Below, in pieces: positions 9,278 to 17,308 of a stretch of DNA of 64,000 nucleotides. The first letter of the stretch is position 1. Every line of letters begins with the position of its first letter. The stretch comes from Planctomycetota bacterium. Lineage in GTDB: Bacteria; Planctomycetota; Brocadiia; JAADGH01. The position numbers and the translations under genes are program-made. The stretch lies in contig JBFMAD010000005.1 in assembly GCA_040755855.1 (NCBI GenBank), forward strand, positions 128,001 through 192,000, in the 5' to 3' direction. The notes below the pieces were generated by a model. That model made no database searches, had not been told where the DNA came from, and saw only the letters and a program-made list of their open reading frames with translations.

Positions 9278-11254
9278 TCATTCTGCAGTTTTCAATTTAC
9301 AGTCAATCACAAATCGGCCTTCATGCGCCTTGGGCAGCCCCGTCGCCTTGAACCCTCTGCCCGGAAGCGCCGCCCCTTCGCCGGTGAATCCCTCATCGCT
9401 GAAATTCACGACGACCTCAACGCCGTTCTCAAACCTCGTTCTCTGGACCAGGCCGTCGGCCGTAAGCCTCTCGTGCGAAAGCAGTTCCGACGAGAACGTT
9501 GCCTCGGCCACGGGGCAAAGGGTATCGTAGGAAAGCCGGATTCGCTCCCTCCATCGCGCGGCGTCGCGAAGGTTCATGAAGAACATCGGCGGAATGCCCA
9601 CGAGCATGTCGCGCAAGAGCATACCGTATATCCCCGGCCCGCGATTCGATGCGTAGTCCGCGCCCGCCCAGGGGAAGCATATCAGGCAATCGCCGAAGAC
9701 CAAATGAAAGAGCGGTATCCTGTGCCGGTCCAGGATGTGATGGCCGCCCTCCGCCGCGCCCACGTCGTTCGCGTAGTCGTGCCACGGGACAGACCACCAC
9801 ACGATGTGCTCCCCGCCATAGACCAGGCCGAGATTGTGTACGTAGCGCCACAGATCCTCGCGGCGGCGCCGATCTTCGTCACGCGTGGTCGGATGCGATT
9901 CGCTGTAGCACTCCCTCAGATGCGCGCCGATGCAGTCGATGTAGCACGCCTTCACCCCCATCTCCTTCACAAGATGGGGGAGAAAATCGGCGGCAAATCT
10001 CTTGTAGAGCGTGGAGCAGTTCCTCGACCATCGGTAGCCGCGCAATGAGCCGTCCTCGTTTTTCACCATCCAATCCGGATTCCAGAGCGGCGTCTCCTCA
10101 AGCAGCGCGGAGACGTCGGTGTAGAACGTGAACAGAAACCCGGCGCGGTGTGCGGCGTCAATGGCGGCCTTGAGATCGTCCCGCGTTCCCGCGCTCTCAT
10201 CCACCGGCCACCCGCCTGGAGGACGCTTCGCCAGGCCGCCCCAGAAGTGAATGGACGCTCGCTTCAGCCGCAGGTCGGTCGAAAGGTCATCAATGGTTCT
10301 CTTGAGGTCGCTGTAGCGATACTCATAGCCGGGCTGCTGCGGCTCAATATGGGGGTAGCCGACGTAGTAGGCGAGATACGGCGCGCCCGCAAGAAGGTTC
10401 ACGTTGGGACGACTCGCCGCCTTCTCCGTGAGGGTCTTGACAATCCCTTCCGCAGCCGCAAACCGCCGGTAGTGTTTCGCCATCCCGACGTAATCGAGCC
10501 TCGATGCAAATGCGTATCGCACCCGCCGCTCGTAGCCGAACTTGCCCTTTGTCGCCAGCCACACCGGCCAGCACGCGGCGATGCGGGGATAGGGAGATCG
10601 CTCCCCTTTCCCCACAAACCGCATGATCCCGTCATAGTTGTAGACGCACGCCATCTCGGCATCAAACGGCGTCTCGATCACCGCCGTGTAGCCACCCTTG
10701 CCATGCCGTGCGCCGAAGAACGGCATCGTCCAGCCGTACAGAATTCCTTCGCCCGCGAGACTCCGAACAGAATCCTCGAGCATCCAGAAATCCACCGTGT
10801 CGAGCCGAGCGTCATCGGTCGGCAGCAGGCATCCCTCCTTGTGCGTCAGGACCAGGTAGCCTTCAGGCGTCCCCGTTTCCAGATAGAAACTGCGCAACGG
10901 ATAGGCGAGGCGGACGAACGCCACGTCGCCGCGCTGAAGCGCCAGCGACTCCACCGCCACGAGGAGACTGTCGCCGTCAGCTTCGACGCGGACTTGCAGC
11001 GTTCCGTCAATCTCGCCCGCAGGCGAGTGAAAGCCGGAAAACGATACGAACCATCTTGCGTCGCGGCGCTCCACGGCGACCTGACGGCACTGCGCCAGGT
11101 CACACGAGAACAGCCTGCCGTCCTTGCCCTTCAGTGTTAGATGGCCGGGCGAGTTCTCCCACGGGTCCGGCCTCCACACCGCGCCCGTCGCCGGTTGCGT
11201 CACTGTGATCCTGCCGAGATCATCCACCTTCACATCAATCGGTTCCATGGTCAT
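9278..11254 (-). CDS. DUF5696-like putative glycoside hydrolase (GH101/GH129-related architecture)
   Basis: MPFFGA, DYVGMAKHYR, YIDC, GGEH, IPLFHLVFGDC, QRTRFENGVEVVVNFSD; ATG overlaps the gntR stop (ATGA). Confidence 0.65.
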   Translation of the reverse strand: MTMEPIDVKVDDLGRITVTQPATGAVWRPDPWENSPGHLTLKGKDGRLFSCDLAQCRQVAVERRDARWFVSFSGFHSPAGEIDGTLQVRVEADGDSLLVAVESLALQRGDVAFVRLAYPLRSFYLETGTPEGYLVLTHKEGCLLPTDDARLDTVDFWMLEDSVRSLAGEGILYGWTMPFFGARHGKGGYTAVIETPFDAEMACVYNYDGIMRFVGKGERSPYPRIAACWPVWLATKGKFGYERRVRYAFASRLDYVGMAKHYRRFAAAEGIVKTLTEKAASRPNVNLLAGAPYLAYYVGYPHIEPQQPGYEYRYSDLKRTIDDLSTDLRLKRASIHFWGGLAKRPPGGWPVDESAGTRDDLKAAIDAAHRAGFLFTFYTDVSALLEETPLWNPDWMVKNEDGSLRGYRWSRNCSTLYKRFAADFLPHLVKEMGVKACYIDCIGAHLRECYSESHPTTRDEDRRRREDLWRYVHNLGLVYGGEHIVWWSVPWHDYANDVGAAEGGHHILDRHRIPLFHLVFGDCLICFPWAGADYASNRGPGIYGMLLRDMLVGIPPMFFMNLRDAARWRERIRLSYDTLCPVAEATFSSELLSHERLTADGLVQRTRFENGVEVVVNFSDEGFTGEGAALPGRGFKATGLPKAHEGRFVIDCKLKTAE

Positions 11255-11994
11255 TGCTCCGATGCCTGCGCCTCTCGCGCCTGGCGGATCATTCGCTCGG
11301 TATCGTCCAAATGCTCGGTCATCGCCTGGCTGGCCTGCCCCGCGTTGCGCGCGGTGATGGCCTGGAAAACCCTTTCGTGAAACTGAAGGGTGGGGCCTGG
11401 TCGGAAACTCGTCCGCAGATTGGCGAGGATCGCATCGGCAAGGAGCGTGCGGATGGTCTCGACGAAGAGCGCGAGGGCGGTGTTGTGGGTCGCCCTGGCG
11501 ATGGCCACATGGAACGCGAGGTCCGCCTCGGCATACTCCTCGGCGGATTGTGCGGCGCGCATCCTGTCCAGCGCGGCGGCAATGGCCGAGATCTCTTCGG
11601 CAGTGGCGCGCTGCGCGGCCCATGCGGCGGCCTGGACCTCGTACAATCGGCGCATCTCTAAGAGGTCCCGCGCCGAGGCGCTCGCCCGCTTCAGCATGAG
11701 TTGGAGCATGTTGGACGCCGCCTCTTGCGACCGGTCAATGACGCGCACGCCGATGCCGTGCCGCCGCTCCACCAAGCCCTTGGACTGGAGGATGCTCACG
11801 GCCTCGCGCAGGGTGCTTCGTCCGATGCCCAGCTTCGCGCAGAGGGTCTGTTCGGGGGGGAGGTACTCGCCGGGCCTCACCTCGCCGCTGAGAATGTACT
11901 GGATGAGGAATTCCTCAGCGCGTCGGACGAGGTCGCCGTTCTTCAAGTGAATCCACGTCTTGTTCATTTCCGGTCTCACAGTCTCGGTCATCAT
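11251..11994 (-). CDS. GntR/FadR-family transcriptional regulator
   Basis: PGEYLPPEQTLCAKLGIGRSTLREA wHTH; FCD domain DLAFHVAIARATHN; start may be 11967. Confidence 0.92.
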   Translation of the reverse strand: MMTETVRPEMNKTWIHLKNGDLVRRAEEFLIQYILSGEVRPGEYLPPEQTLCAKLGIGRSTLREAVSILQSKGLVERRHGIGVRVIDRSQEAASNMLQLMLKRASASARDLLEMRRLYEVQAAAWAAQRATAEEISAIAAALDRMRAAQSAEEYAEADLAFHVAIARATHNTALALFVETIRTLLADAILANLRTSFRPGPTLQFHERVFQAITARNAGQASQAMTEHLDDTERMIRQAREAQASEQ

Positions 11995-12022
11995 AGTTCC
12001 ACAGATGGAATGATGGGCAGCA

Positions 12023-12051
12023 ATCATAAGACATCAGATGTCTGATGTCAA
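12023..12051 (-). promoter_or_regulatory. Sigma70 promoter TTGACA-N17-TATGAT overlapped by the palindrome GACATCAGA-TG-TCTGATGTC (12030-12049), probable GntR operator
   Basis: Near-consensus boxes; perfect 9-bp inverted repeat covering the spacer and -35. Confidence 0.8.
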
Positions 12052-12073
12052 GAAAATTTTCTGGATAGTTCAT

Positions 12074-13100
12074 TCAAGATTTGAGGGGGAGGGGGACATA
12101 ACAATACGTTGAATGACAAGAAGTTACGACAACTTGGAAATGAAACTCGCTTGGGTTCAGGATCGTCCCTTTGGTCTTGGGGTTGCTCAGCGGCGCGTCG
12201 AGCGTCACATAATCCCCCTCCGTCGGCCCCTTGAACCGCACATCGCCCTCGTCGCCGTCCTGCACGTTGGTGATGCAAATCTTCCGGAATCCTTCGCCCG
12301 TTCCGCCCACCAGCCTGATTCGACCCGTCGTCTCCGAATGCGCCGTGATAATATCGTCCGCCGTCGTCGGCGTGTTGTTGATCTCGATCTGAATCTGCGG
12401 CACCGAGACAGCGGCCTGCGCCTTCAGGTCCGCGTTTGTCTTGTTCTCGCTCGCTACCTCGGCCTGACCCGCGCCAGATCCTTTGCCTCGAACCTTCTTG
12501 TCCGAGTTCAGCGTGATCTCAAGCGTATTCACCCAATCGTTGGCGTCGTCCGACCAGAAGAGGAGATCGGCGCCGCCTTCCTCGTTCGTCAGCGTGTACT
12601 GCCGGTAGGCGAGCGGCTCGTCGTGGCCCTCCGGCCGAATCCAGCCGTCCAGCGAGACGGTCACCGTCCCCTCCGTCCCGGCCAAGATGAAGTCGTCCTC
12701 CTCACCCGGCCCGTTGACCTCCATGCTCAACTTGACCACATTGATCGTCGCAAAATCCGAAGCGACGTAGCGCGAGTAGCTGTGCCCGTCGGGACGCAAC
12801 CAGAGGTTGAAGGGACCGGGGTCCTTACCCAGGATGAAGAAGCGACTGTCCTGTAGGTCCTGCGGCGTGAGCGCTGTGCCGTAGTCCAGCTCGCACGCGG
12901 CTTCGCCCGTCACACGCCAGACGTGCAGCGTGGCGTCATGGACGGTCAGGTCCTCATCCACCTCCGCATCATACAGCAGCCGCACCTTCGGCGAAATCGC
13001 CAACGCCTCCTCCGGGATGATCATCCGCACCTCCAGCGCACCCAACGCCTCCAGCTCCGCAAGCGTCGTCGGCTATTTCTTGTCGTCGGACTTGAGCTTA
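12074..13100 (-). pseudogene. Internal fragment of a large Ig-like/surface or toxin-carrier protein
   Basis: Acidic beta-rich ORF with no RBS or signal peptide; in-frame TAG just upstream (KLKSDDKK*PTTLAEL); non-protein-like, AT-richer tail. Confidence 0.5.
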
Positions 13101-13218
13101 TGGCAGATGGGTCGGCAAGAGCCTGTTGGCCGTCAAGGGAAAGGAACTGCCGAGCATACCGTCATCGGATTCGATGTTGCATGGTTCGATCAGCACTGCG
13201 GGTCTTCCCAGACCATCC

Positions 13219-14127
13219 TCAGTCCGGTTTGTCTGGCGATTCGCGGTTCTTGGTCTTGTCCCTTTCCTTTGCCTCTTCCGTGTCCAGCTGCCGCCTTCTT
13301 TCAAGCCCCTTTCTCCTGTATTCTTCCTCTGTGTCGATTTCTATGACTTCCTTGATCTGCAAGAGGCCCTTCTTGTATTCCAGGATAACAGTGTTCTCAA
13401 GCCATGGTCGCGGCTTGCACCATAGCACGGGATAGCTGATCTTGGTCTTCGGGTCTGTCCGAATACTCAGCTCATGGTACTTGGTGTCAATAATCCTCAA
13501 GGGATGGGGATGAGACACGCCGTCCAACCCCAGATCGAAGACTACCACCACACTGAATTCCTCGGGATCGGGATCGATCTCACTCGATCTGTGGATCGCT
13601 ACACATTCCAGGGCTTTGTCCCCATCCAGGTTTGCCCATTTGAAATCCTCCTTCCGCTCCGACCAGAACTTCTCCGCTTGGGGTGACTTCTGCGGCGGCC
13701 CAACGACTTCAAGCAAGAATAGCACTGCCTCTTCGAATGACTGATAGCCCCGCTCGGCGCCTGCATAATACATCTTAGTCTCCTCCATGAGTTCGCGCCT
13801 ATGCGAGCGTTCGTCAAGCGCCTCCTCGTAGTGACCTTTCTGACAGAGCGCTTGCGCTCTCAGAAAATGATACTCAAGTCGGAGAAGCAAGCGTTTCTGT
13901 TCAAGGCCCGCGCCGACTGTCAGGGCTCGTTCCTTGCCCTTCTCAAGCAACTCGATGGCCAGATCCGGCTTCCGAGCATTTAGCGCATCTATCGCGGCCC
14001 GCCTGAGCACCGCGACCTCTCGCCGTATCTCGGCGCACTTCCCCTGATCCTGCCCTGCGAGCGGCTGAGCCAGCGCCATAAGCAAGCCAACAGCAGCGTG
14101 AACACACACAATCTTCACTCGTCGCAT
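13219..14127 (-). CDS. Secreted hypothetical protein (helical/TPR-like N-part, NLDGD motif), possible immunity protein
   Basis: Signal peptide AAVGLLMALAQPLAG-Q; 302-aa ORF in a lower-GC patch. Confidence 0.6.
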   Translation of the reverse strand: MRRVKIVCVHAAVGLLMALAQPLAGQDQGKCAEIRREVAVLRRAAIDALNARKPDLAIELLEKGKERALTVGAGLEQKRLLLRLEYHFLRAQALCQKGHYEEALDERSHRRELMEETKMYYAGAERGYQSFEEAVLFLLEVVGPPQKSPQAEKFWSERKEDFKWANLDGDKALECVAIHRSSEIDPDPEEFSVVVVFDLGLDGVSHPHPLRIIDTKYHELSIRTDPKTKISYPVLWCKPRPWLENTVILEYKKGLLQIKEVIEIDTEEEYRRKGLERRRQLDTEEAKERDKTKNRESPDKPD

Positions 14128-14128
14128 A

Positions 14129-14287
14129 TCACTTTCTCGCTCTCCCGTCTGTCAATATGGGCCAGATCGCCTTCGTTTCCGTGTAAGGGTGGATCCCATA
14201 CAGGAAGTCTTTCGTGACACCTTCGAGGTACCTCGCTCCAGCAAGCGGGTCCCCTTTCCTGGATGTTCCGGGGCCAAATCTATACAC
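14129..14287 (-). pseudogene. 52-codon ORF or C-terminal gene remnant coupled to the downstream gene
   Basis: GTG-YRFGPGTSRKGDPLAGARYLEGVTKDFLYGIHPYTETKAIWPILTDGRARK-TGA; stop lies 1 nt before ATG 14127. Confidence 0.4.
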
Positions 14288-14416
14288 CGCCCCCCTACGT
14301 CCCAGGAATATGGGGACAGACGGTGGTTTTGGAGGCCGTTTTTCTGTGCGTGTGGCGGTGTGGAACCATGCGTAGATCCTCTGTTGCCCTCCGCGTCATG
14401 GCGTCATGGTGACTGT

Positions 14417-14445
14417 AGTGTACCCTATGGAAGGGGGGCTGTCAA
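14417..14445 (-). promoter_or_regulatory. Sigma70 promoter TTGACA-N17-TACACT
   Basis: Near-consensus boxes in the intergenic DNA downstream of epmB. Confidence 0.65.
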
Positions 14446-14505
14446 GAATGGGACGGAGATAATCCGTTGCCGCCGCTCCTGGCGGGGTTGCGGGCATCTC
14501 CCGCG

Positions 14506-15516
14506 TCAGGCAAGGGCGGTCTTGCCGGCTTGGCCGGGGGTCTCTTGGACGTAGCGCGGCACGGCGTAGCCGGGGAGATGGTTGCGAGTCTCCGCCACGA
14601 GACGCTTCCCCTCGCCGACAGGGACGTGGAAGTGCGCGGCGCCGGCGACGGGGTCGAGCTGGTGGAGGTAGTAGGGCAGGACGCCGAGATCGGCAAGCCC
14701 TTCGCACAGGGCGATCAGGGCCGATGGGGAATCGTTGACGCCGCGGAGAAGGACGGACTGGTTGAGGACCGGGATGCCGGAGCGGACCAGCTTCCTCAGC
14801 GCGTCGGGACATGCGGCGGTCAGTTCGTGCGCATGATTTACCTGAACAACGACGATTGGGGTGAGGCGGGAGGAGGCCAGGCACTCGATCAATCCATCAG
14901 TGACTCTCTCGGGGATGGCGACCGGCAGTCGAGTATGGATTCGCAGTCGGCGAAGGTGCGGGATGGCGGCGAGTCGAGCGATCATCTCCGCCAGACTTTC
15001 ATCCGCGAGCGAGAGCGGGTCGCCGCCGCTGAGGATGATCTCGCGCAGCGACGGATCGCGGGCAATGGCGTCGAGGGCGGGCTGCCAGTCGGCGGTCGCG
15101 GCGAGAGAAGGGGCGGTTGCGTGCCTCCGGAAGCAGTAGCGGCAGTGCATGGCGCACGCGCCGGTGAGGAGGAGCGCCCGTCCCGGGTACTTCTGGAGCA
15201 GACCGGGTGCGCGGAGGGCTTGGCGCTCATGCAAGGGGTCCGTATCGAAGCCGTTGGCGCACGCCGTTTCCTCGGGCCTTGGTAGAACTTGGCGGAGGAG
15301 GGGGTCGTCGGGTTTGCCCGGTCTTATACGCTCAACAAATGTCCGGGGGACGAGGAAGGGAAAGGCGTTCGCGGCCTGTTGGGATTCCAGAGCAAGAGTC
15401 GGAGGAAGGCCGAGGAGGTCGGTGAGTTCATGCGGATCACGTATGGCATCGGCGATGGCTCGATGCCACTTCGGATGCGACGTAGCGACCATTTGACTTG
15501 AATCGTGGGTAATCAT
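14506..15516 (-). CDS. epmB: EF-P beta-lysylation protein EpmB (lysine 2,3-aminomutase-like radical SAM)
   Basis: CAMHCRYCFRR, LSGGDPL, LNQSVLLRGVND, PYYLHQLD, C-terminal PLP Lys (AGKT); divergent from efp; start may be 15492. Confidence 0.93.
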   Translation of the reverse strand: MITHDSSQMVATSHPKWHRAIADAIRDPHELTDLLGLPPTLALESQQAANAFPFLVPRTFVERIRPGKPDDPLLRQVLPRPEETACANGFDTDPLHERQALRAPGLLQKYPGRALLLTGACAMHCRYCFRRHATAPSLAATADWQPALDAIARDPSLREIILSGGDPLSLADESLAEMIARLAAIPHLRRLRIHTRLPVAIPERVTDGLIECLASSRLTPIVVVQVNHAHELTAACPDALRKLVRSGIPVLNQSVLLRGVNDSPSALIALCEGLADLGVLPYYLHQLDPVAGAAHFHVPVGEGKRLVAETRNHLPGYAVPRYVQETPGQAGKTALA

Positions 15517-15526
15517 CTGCTATCAT
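15498..15526 (+). promoter_or_regulatory. Putative efp promoter TTGAAT-N17-TATCAT with extended -10
   Basis: Consensus match 63 nt upstream of the efp ATG. Confidence 0.5.
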
Positions 15527-15588
15527 AAAGGTTTGTTTTTCACGGACGAATACGTTGGATATATCAAGTGTAACGGTGGAGTTCAGCA

Positions 15589-16158
15589 ATGTCAACCATC
15601 TCGACGAGCGATTTCCGCAAAGGCATCAAGATCGAAATTGACGGCAAGCCCTATCTGATGGAGCTGTGCGAGTTCGTGAAGCCGGGAAAGGGCCAGGGCA
15701 TTTACAGAACGAAGCTGCGGAACCTTCTCGACAATTCACTGCTTGAGCGGACCTACCGCAGCGGCGACTCGGCGGAGGCGGCGGACGTCCATGAGAGCAA
15801 GGGGTCTTTTCTGTACAAGGATCAGCAGAATTACGTCTTCATGGACTCGAACAGCTACGAACAGTATCCACTCACCGCAGAGGCGGTAGGGGAGGGCGCT
15901 GATTTTCTGTTGGAGGGGACGGAGTGCGGGCTTCTCTACTGGAACAATCGGCTGATCGGCGTGTCCATTCCGAAGCACATGGTGCTCAAAGTAACCTACA
16001 CCGAGCAGGCTGCGCGCGGCAACACGGCCACGAACGTTACGAAGCCCGCGACGCTCGAGACGGGGGCGTCCGTGACGGTGCCGCCGTTCATCAACGCGGG
16101 GGATAAGATCAAGGTGGATACTCGCACTGGAGAGTACCTCGAACGAGTAAGGGAGTGA
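15589..16158 (+). CDS. efp: Elongation factor P
   Basis: VKPGKGQG loop; KPATLETG, VPPFI, DTRTGEYLER. Confidence 0.98.
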   Translation: MSTISTSDFRKGIKIEIDGKPYLMELCEFVKPGKGQGIYRTKLRNLLDNSLLERTYRSGDSAEAADVHESKGSFLYKDQQNYVFMDSNSYEQYPLTAEAVGEGADFLLEGTECGLLYWNNRLIGVSIPKHMVLKVTYTEQAARGNTATNVTKPATLETGASVTVPPFINAGDKIKVDTRTGEYLERVRE

Positions 16159-17177
16159 AAGCGGTGACGCCGGAGATTGATTTCTTCCCCACTGCGTCGT
16201 TAGAAAACCTACACCTCCGGGCTCGCCTGCTGAAGGCGGTCCGGAGGTTTTTTGATGAGCGCGGATACTTGGAGGTCGAGACTCCGCTGATCTCGGCGGA
16301 CGCCACGATAGATCCGAATCTGTCGCCCTTCATCACCCGATGGATCCCCGCCGGGGCAAGCCCAGATAAGGGAATGGAGATGTATCTCCAAACCTCGCCG
16401 GAGTTTGCGATGAAGCGCCTCCTCGCGGCGCTCCACGTTCCGGGGGGGCAAGCGGATGCCACGGCCATCTATCAGATCACCCATGCGTTCCGTAACGGGG
16501 AATTCGGCAGGCTTCACAATCCGGAGTTCACCCTTGTGGAATGGTATCGCACCGGCGACACGTGCCATGAGCAAATGGACGAGGTGCAGGAGCTGGTGTG
16601 CACGGTTGGCGAGGAATCCGATCAGTGGGAGATGGCCGATGACAAGCCGTTTCTCCGAACGTCCTATCGGGAGGCCTTTGAGCGCTATGCCGACTTCGAC
16701 CCGTTGAGCACCGAGACGTCGAAGCTTCCGGAGATTGCCTTATCGCGCGGCCTAACGCCGCCGCCCGGGCTTGCGCCGGGCGATCGCGACGGCTGGCTCA
16801 ATTTCTTTCTCGTGGAGTTGGTGGAATCCAATCTCGGTCGGGATTGCCCGCAGTTCCTCTATGATTATCCGGCCTCACAGGCCGCCCTTGCGCGGATTCG
16901 TCCGGACGATCCGCTTGTGGCGGAGCGGTTCGAGCTTTATTTTCATGGGGTCGAGATTTGCAACGGTTATCATGAGGAGACGGACCCCGAGGAGTTGCGC
17001 CGCCGCATTCGCGCGCATGGCATGGAACAGCATTTGACGAGTAGACTCCTCGATGCGATGGAGGCGGGGCTGCCTCCATGCTCGGGCGTTGCGCTGGGGT
17101 TTGACCGGTTGGTCATGCTGGCGGCAGGTGCGCTTTCGCTGGCCGAGGTCATGCCTTTTCCGTTTGACCGGGCGTGA
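16155..17177 (+). CDS. epmA: EF-P lysine aminoacylase EpmA (GenX/PoxA)
   Basis: YLQTSPEFAMKRLLA, FRNGE-GRLHNPEFT, ERFELY, SGVALGFDRL; no anticodon-binding domain; GTGA overlap with efp. Confidence 0.95.
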   Translation: MKAVTPEIDFFPTASLENLHLRARLLKAVRRFFDERGYLEVETPLISADATIDPNLSPFITRWIPAGASPDKGMEMYLQTSPEFAMKRLLAALHVPGGQADATAIYQITHAFRNGEFGRLHNPEFTLVEWYRTGDTCHEQMDEVQELVCTVGEESDQWEMADDKPFLRTSYREAFERYADFDPLSTETSKLPEIALSRGLTPPPGLAPGDRDGWLNFFLVELVESNLGRDCPQFLYDYPASQAALARIRPDDPLVAERFELYFHGVEICNGYHEETDPEELRRRIRAHGMEQHLTSRLLDAMEAGLPPCSGVALGFDRLVMLAAGALSLAEVMPFPFDRA

Positions 17178-17193
17178 AAAGATGTTGGGCGGT

Positions 17194-17222
17194 TGGAGTA
17201 ATGGAGTAGTGGAGTGATGGGG
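17194..17222 (+). repeat. Octamer tandem repeat TGGAGTAA-TGGAGTAG-TGGAGTGA-TGGGG
   Basis: Directly visible; an inverted partner lies at 19641-19657. Confidence 0.75.
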
Positions 17223-17241
17223 GCTGGGCCTTCTTTTTGCT

Positions 17242-17270
17242 TTGCCTCATTGACGTGGGGGTGATAGAAT
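17242..17270 (+). promoter_or_regulatory. Putative promoter TTGCCT-N17-TAGAAT with extended -10
   Basis: Consensus match 39 nt upstream of ATG 17309. Confidence 0.55.
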
Positions 17271-17308
17271 GCACATGCAACCTCTGGTCCTTTGCGGAAA
17301 AAGCCTGA

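Noticed and set aside
13073..13075. In-frame TAG as pyrrolysine or stop-codon recoding
   Set aside because: TAG ends many core genes here (tuf, rplK, rpsL), and another stop lies shortly upstream; a pseudogene is simpler
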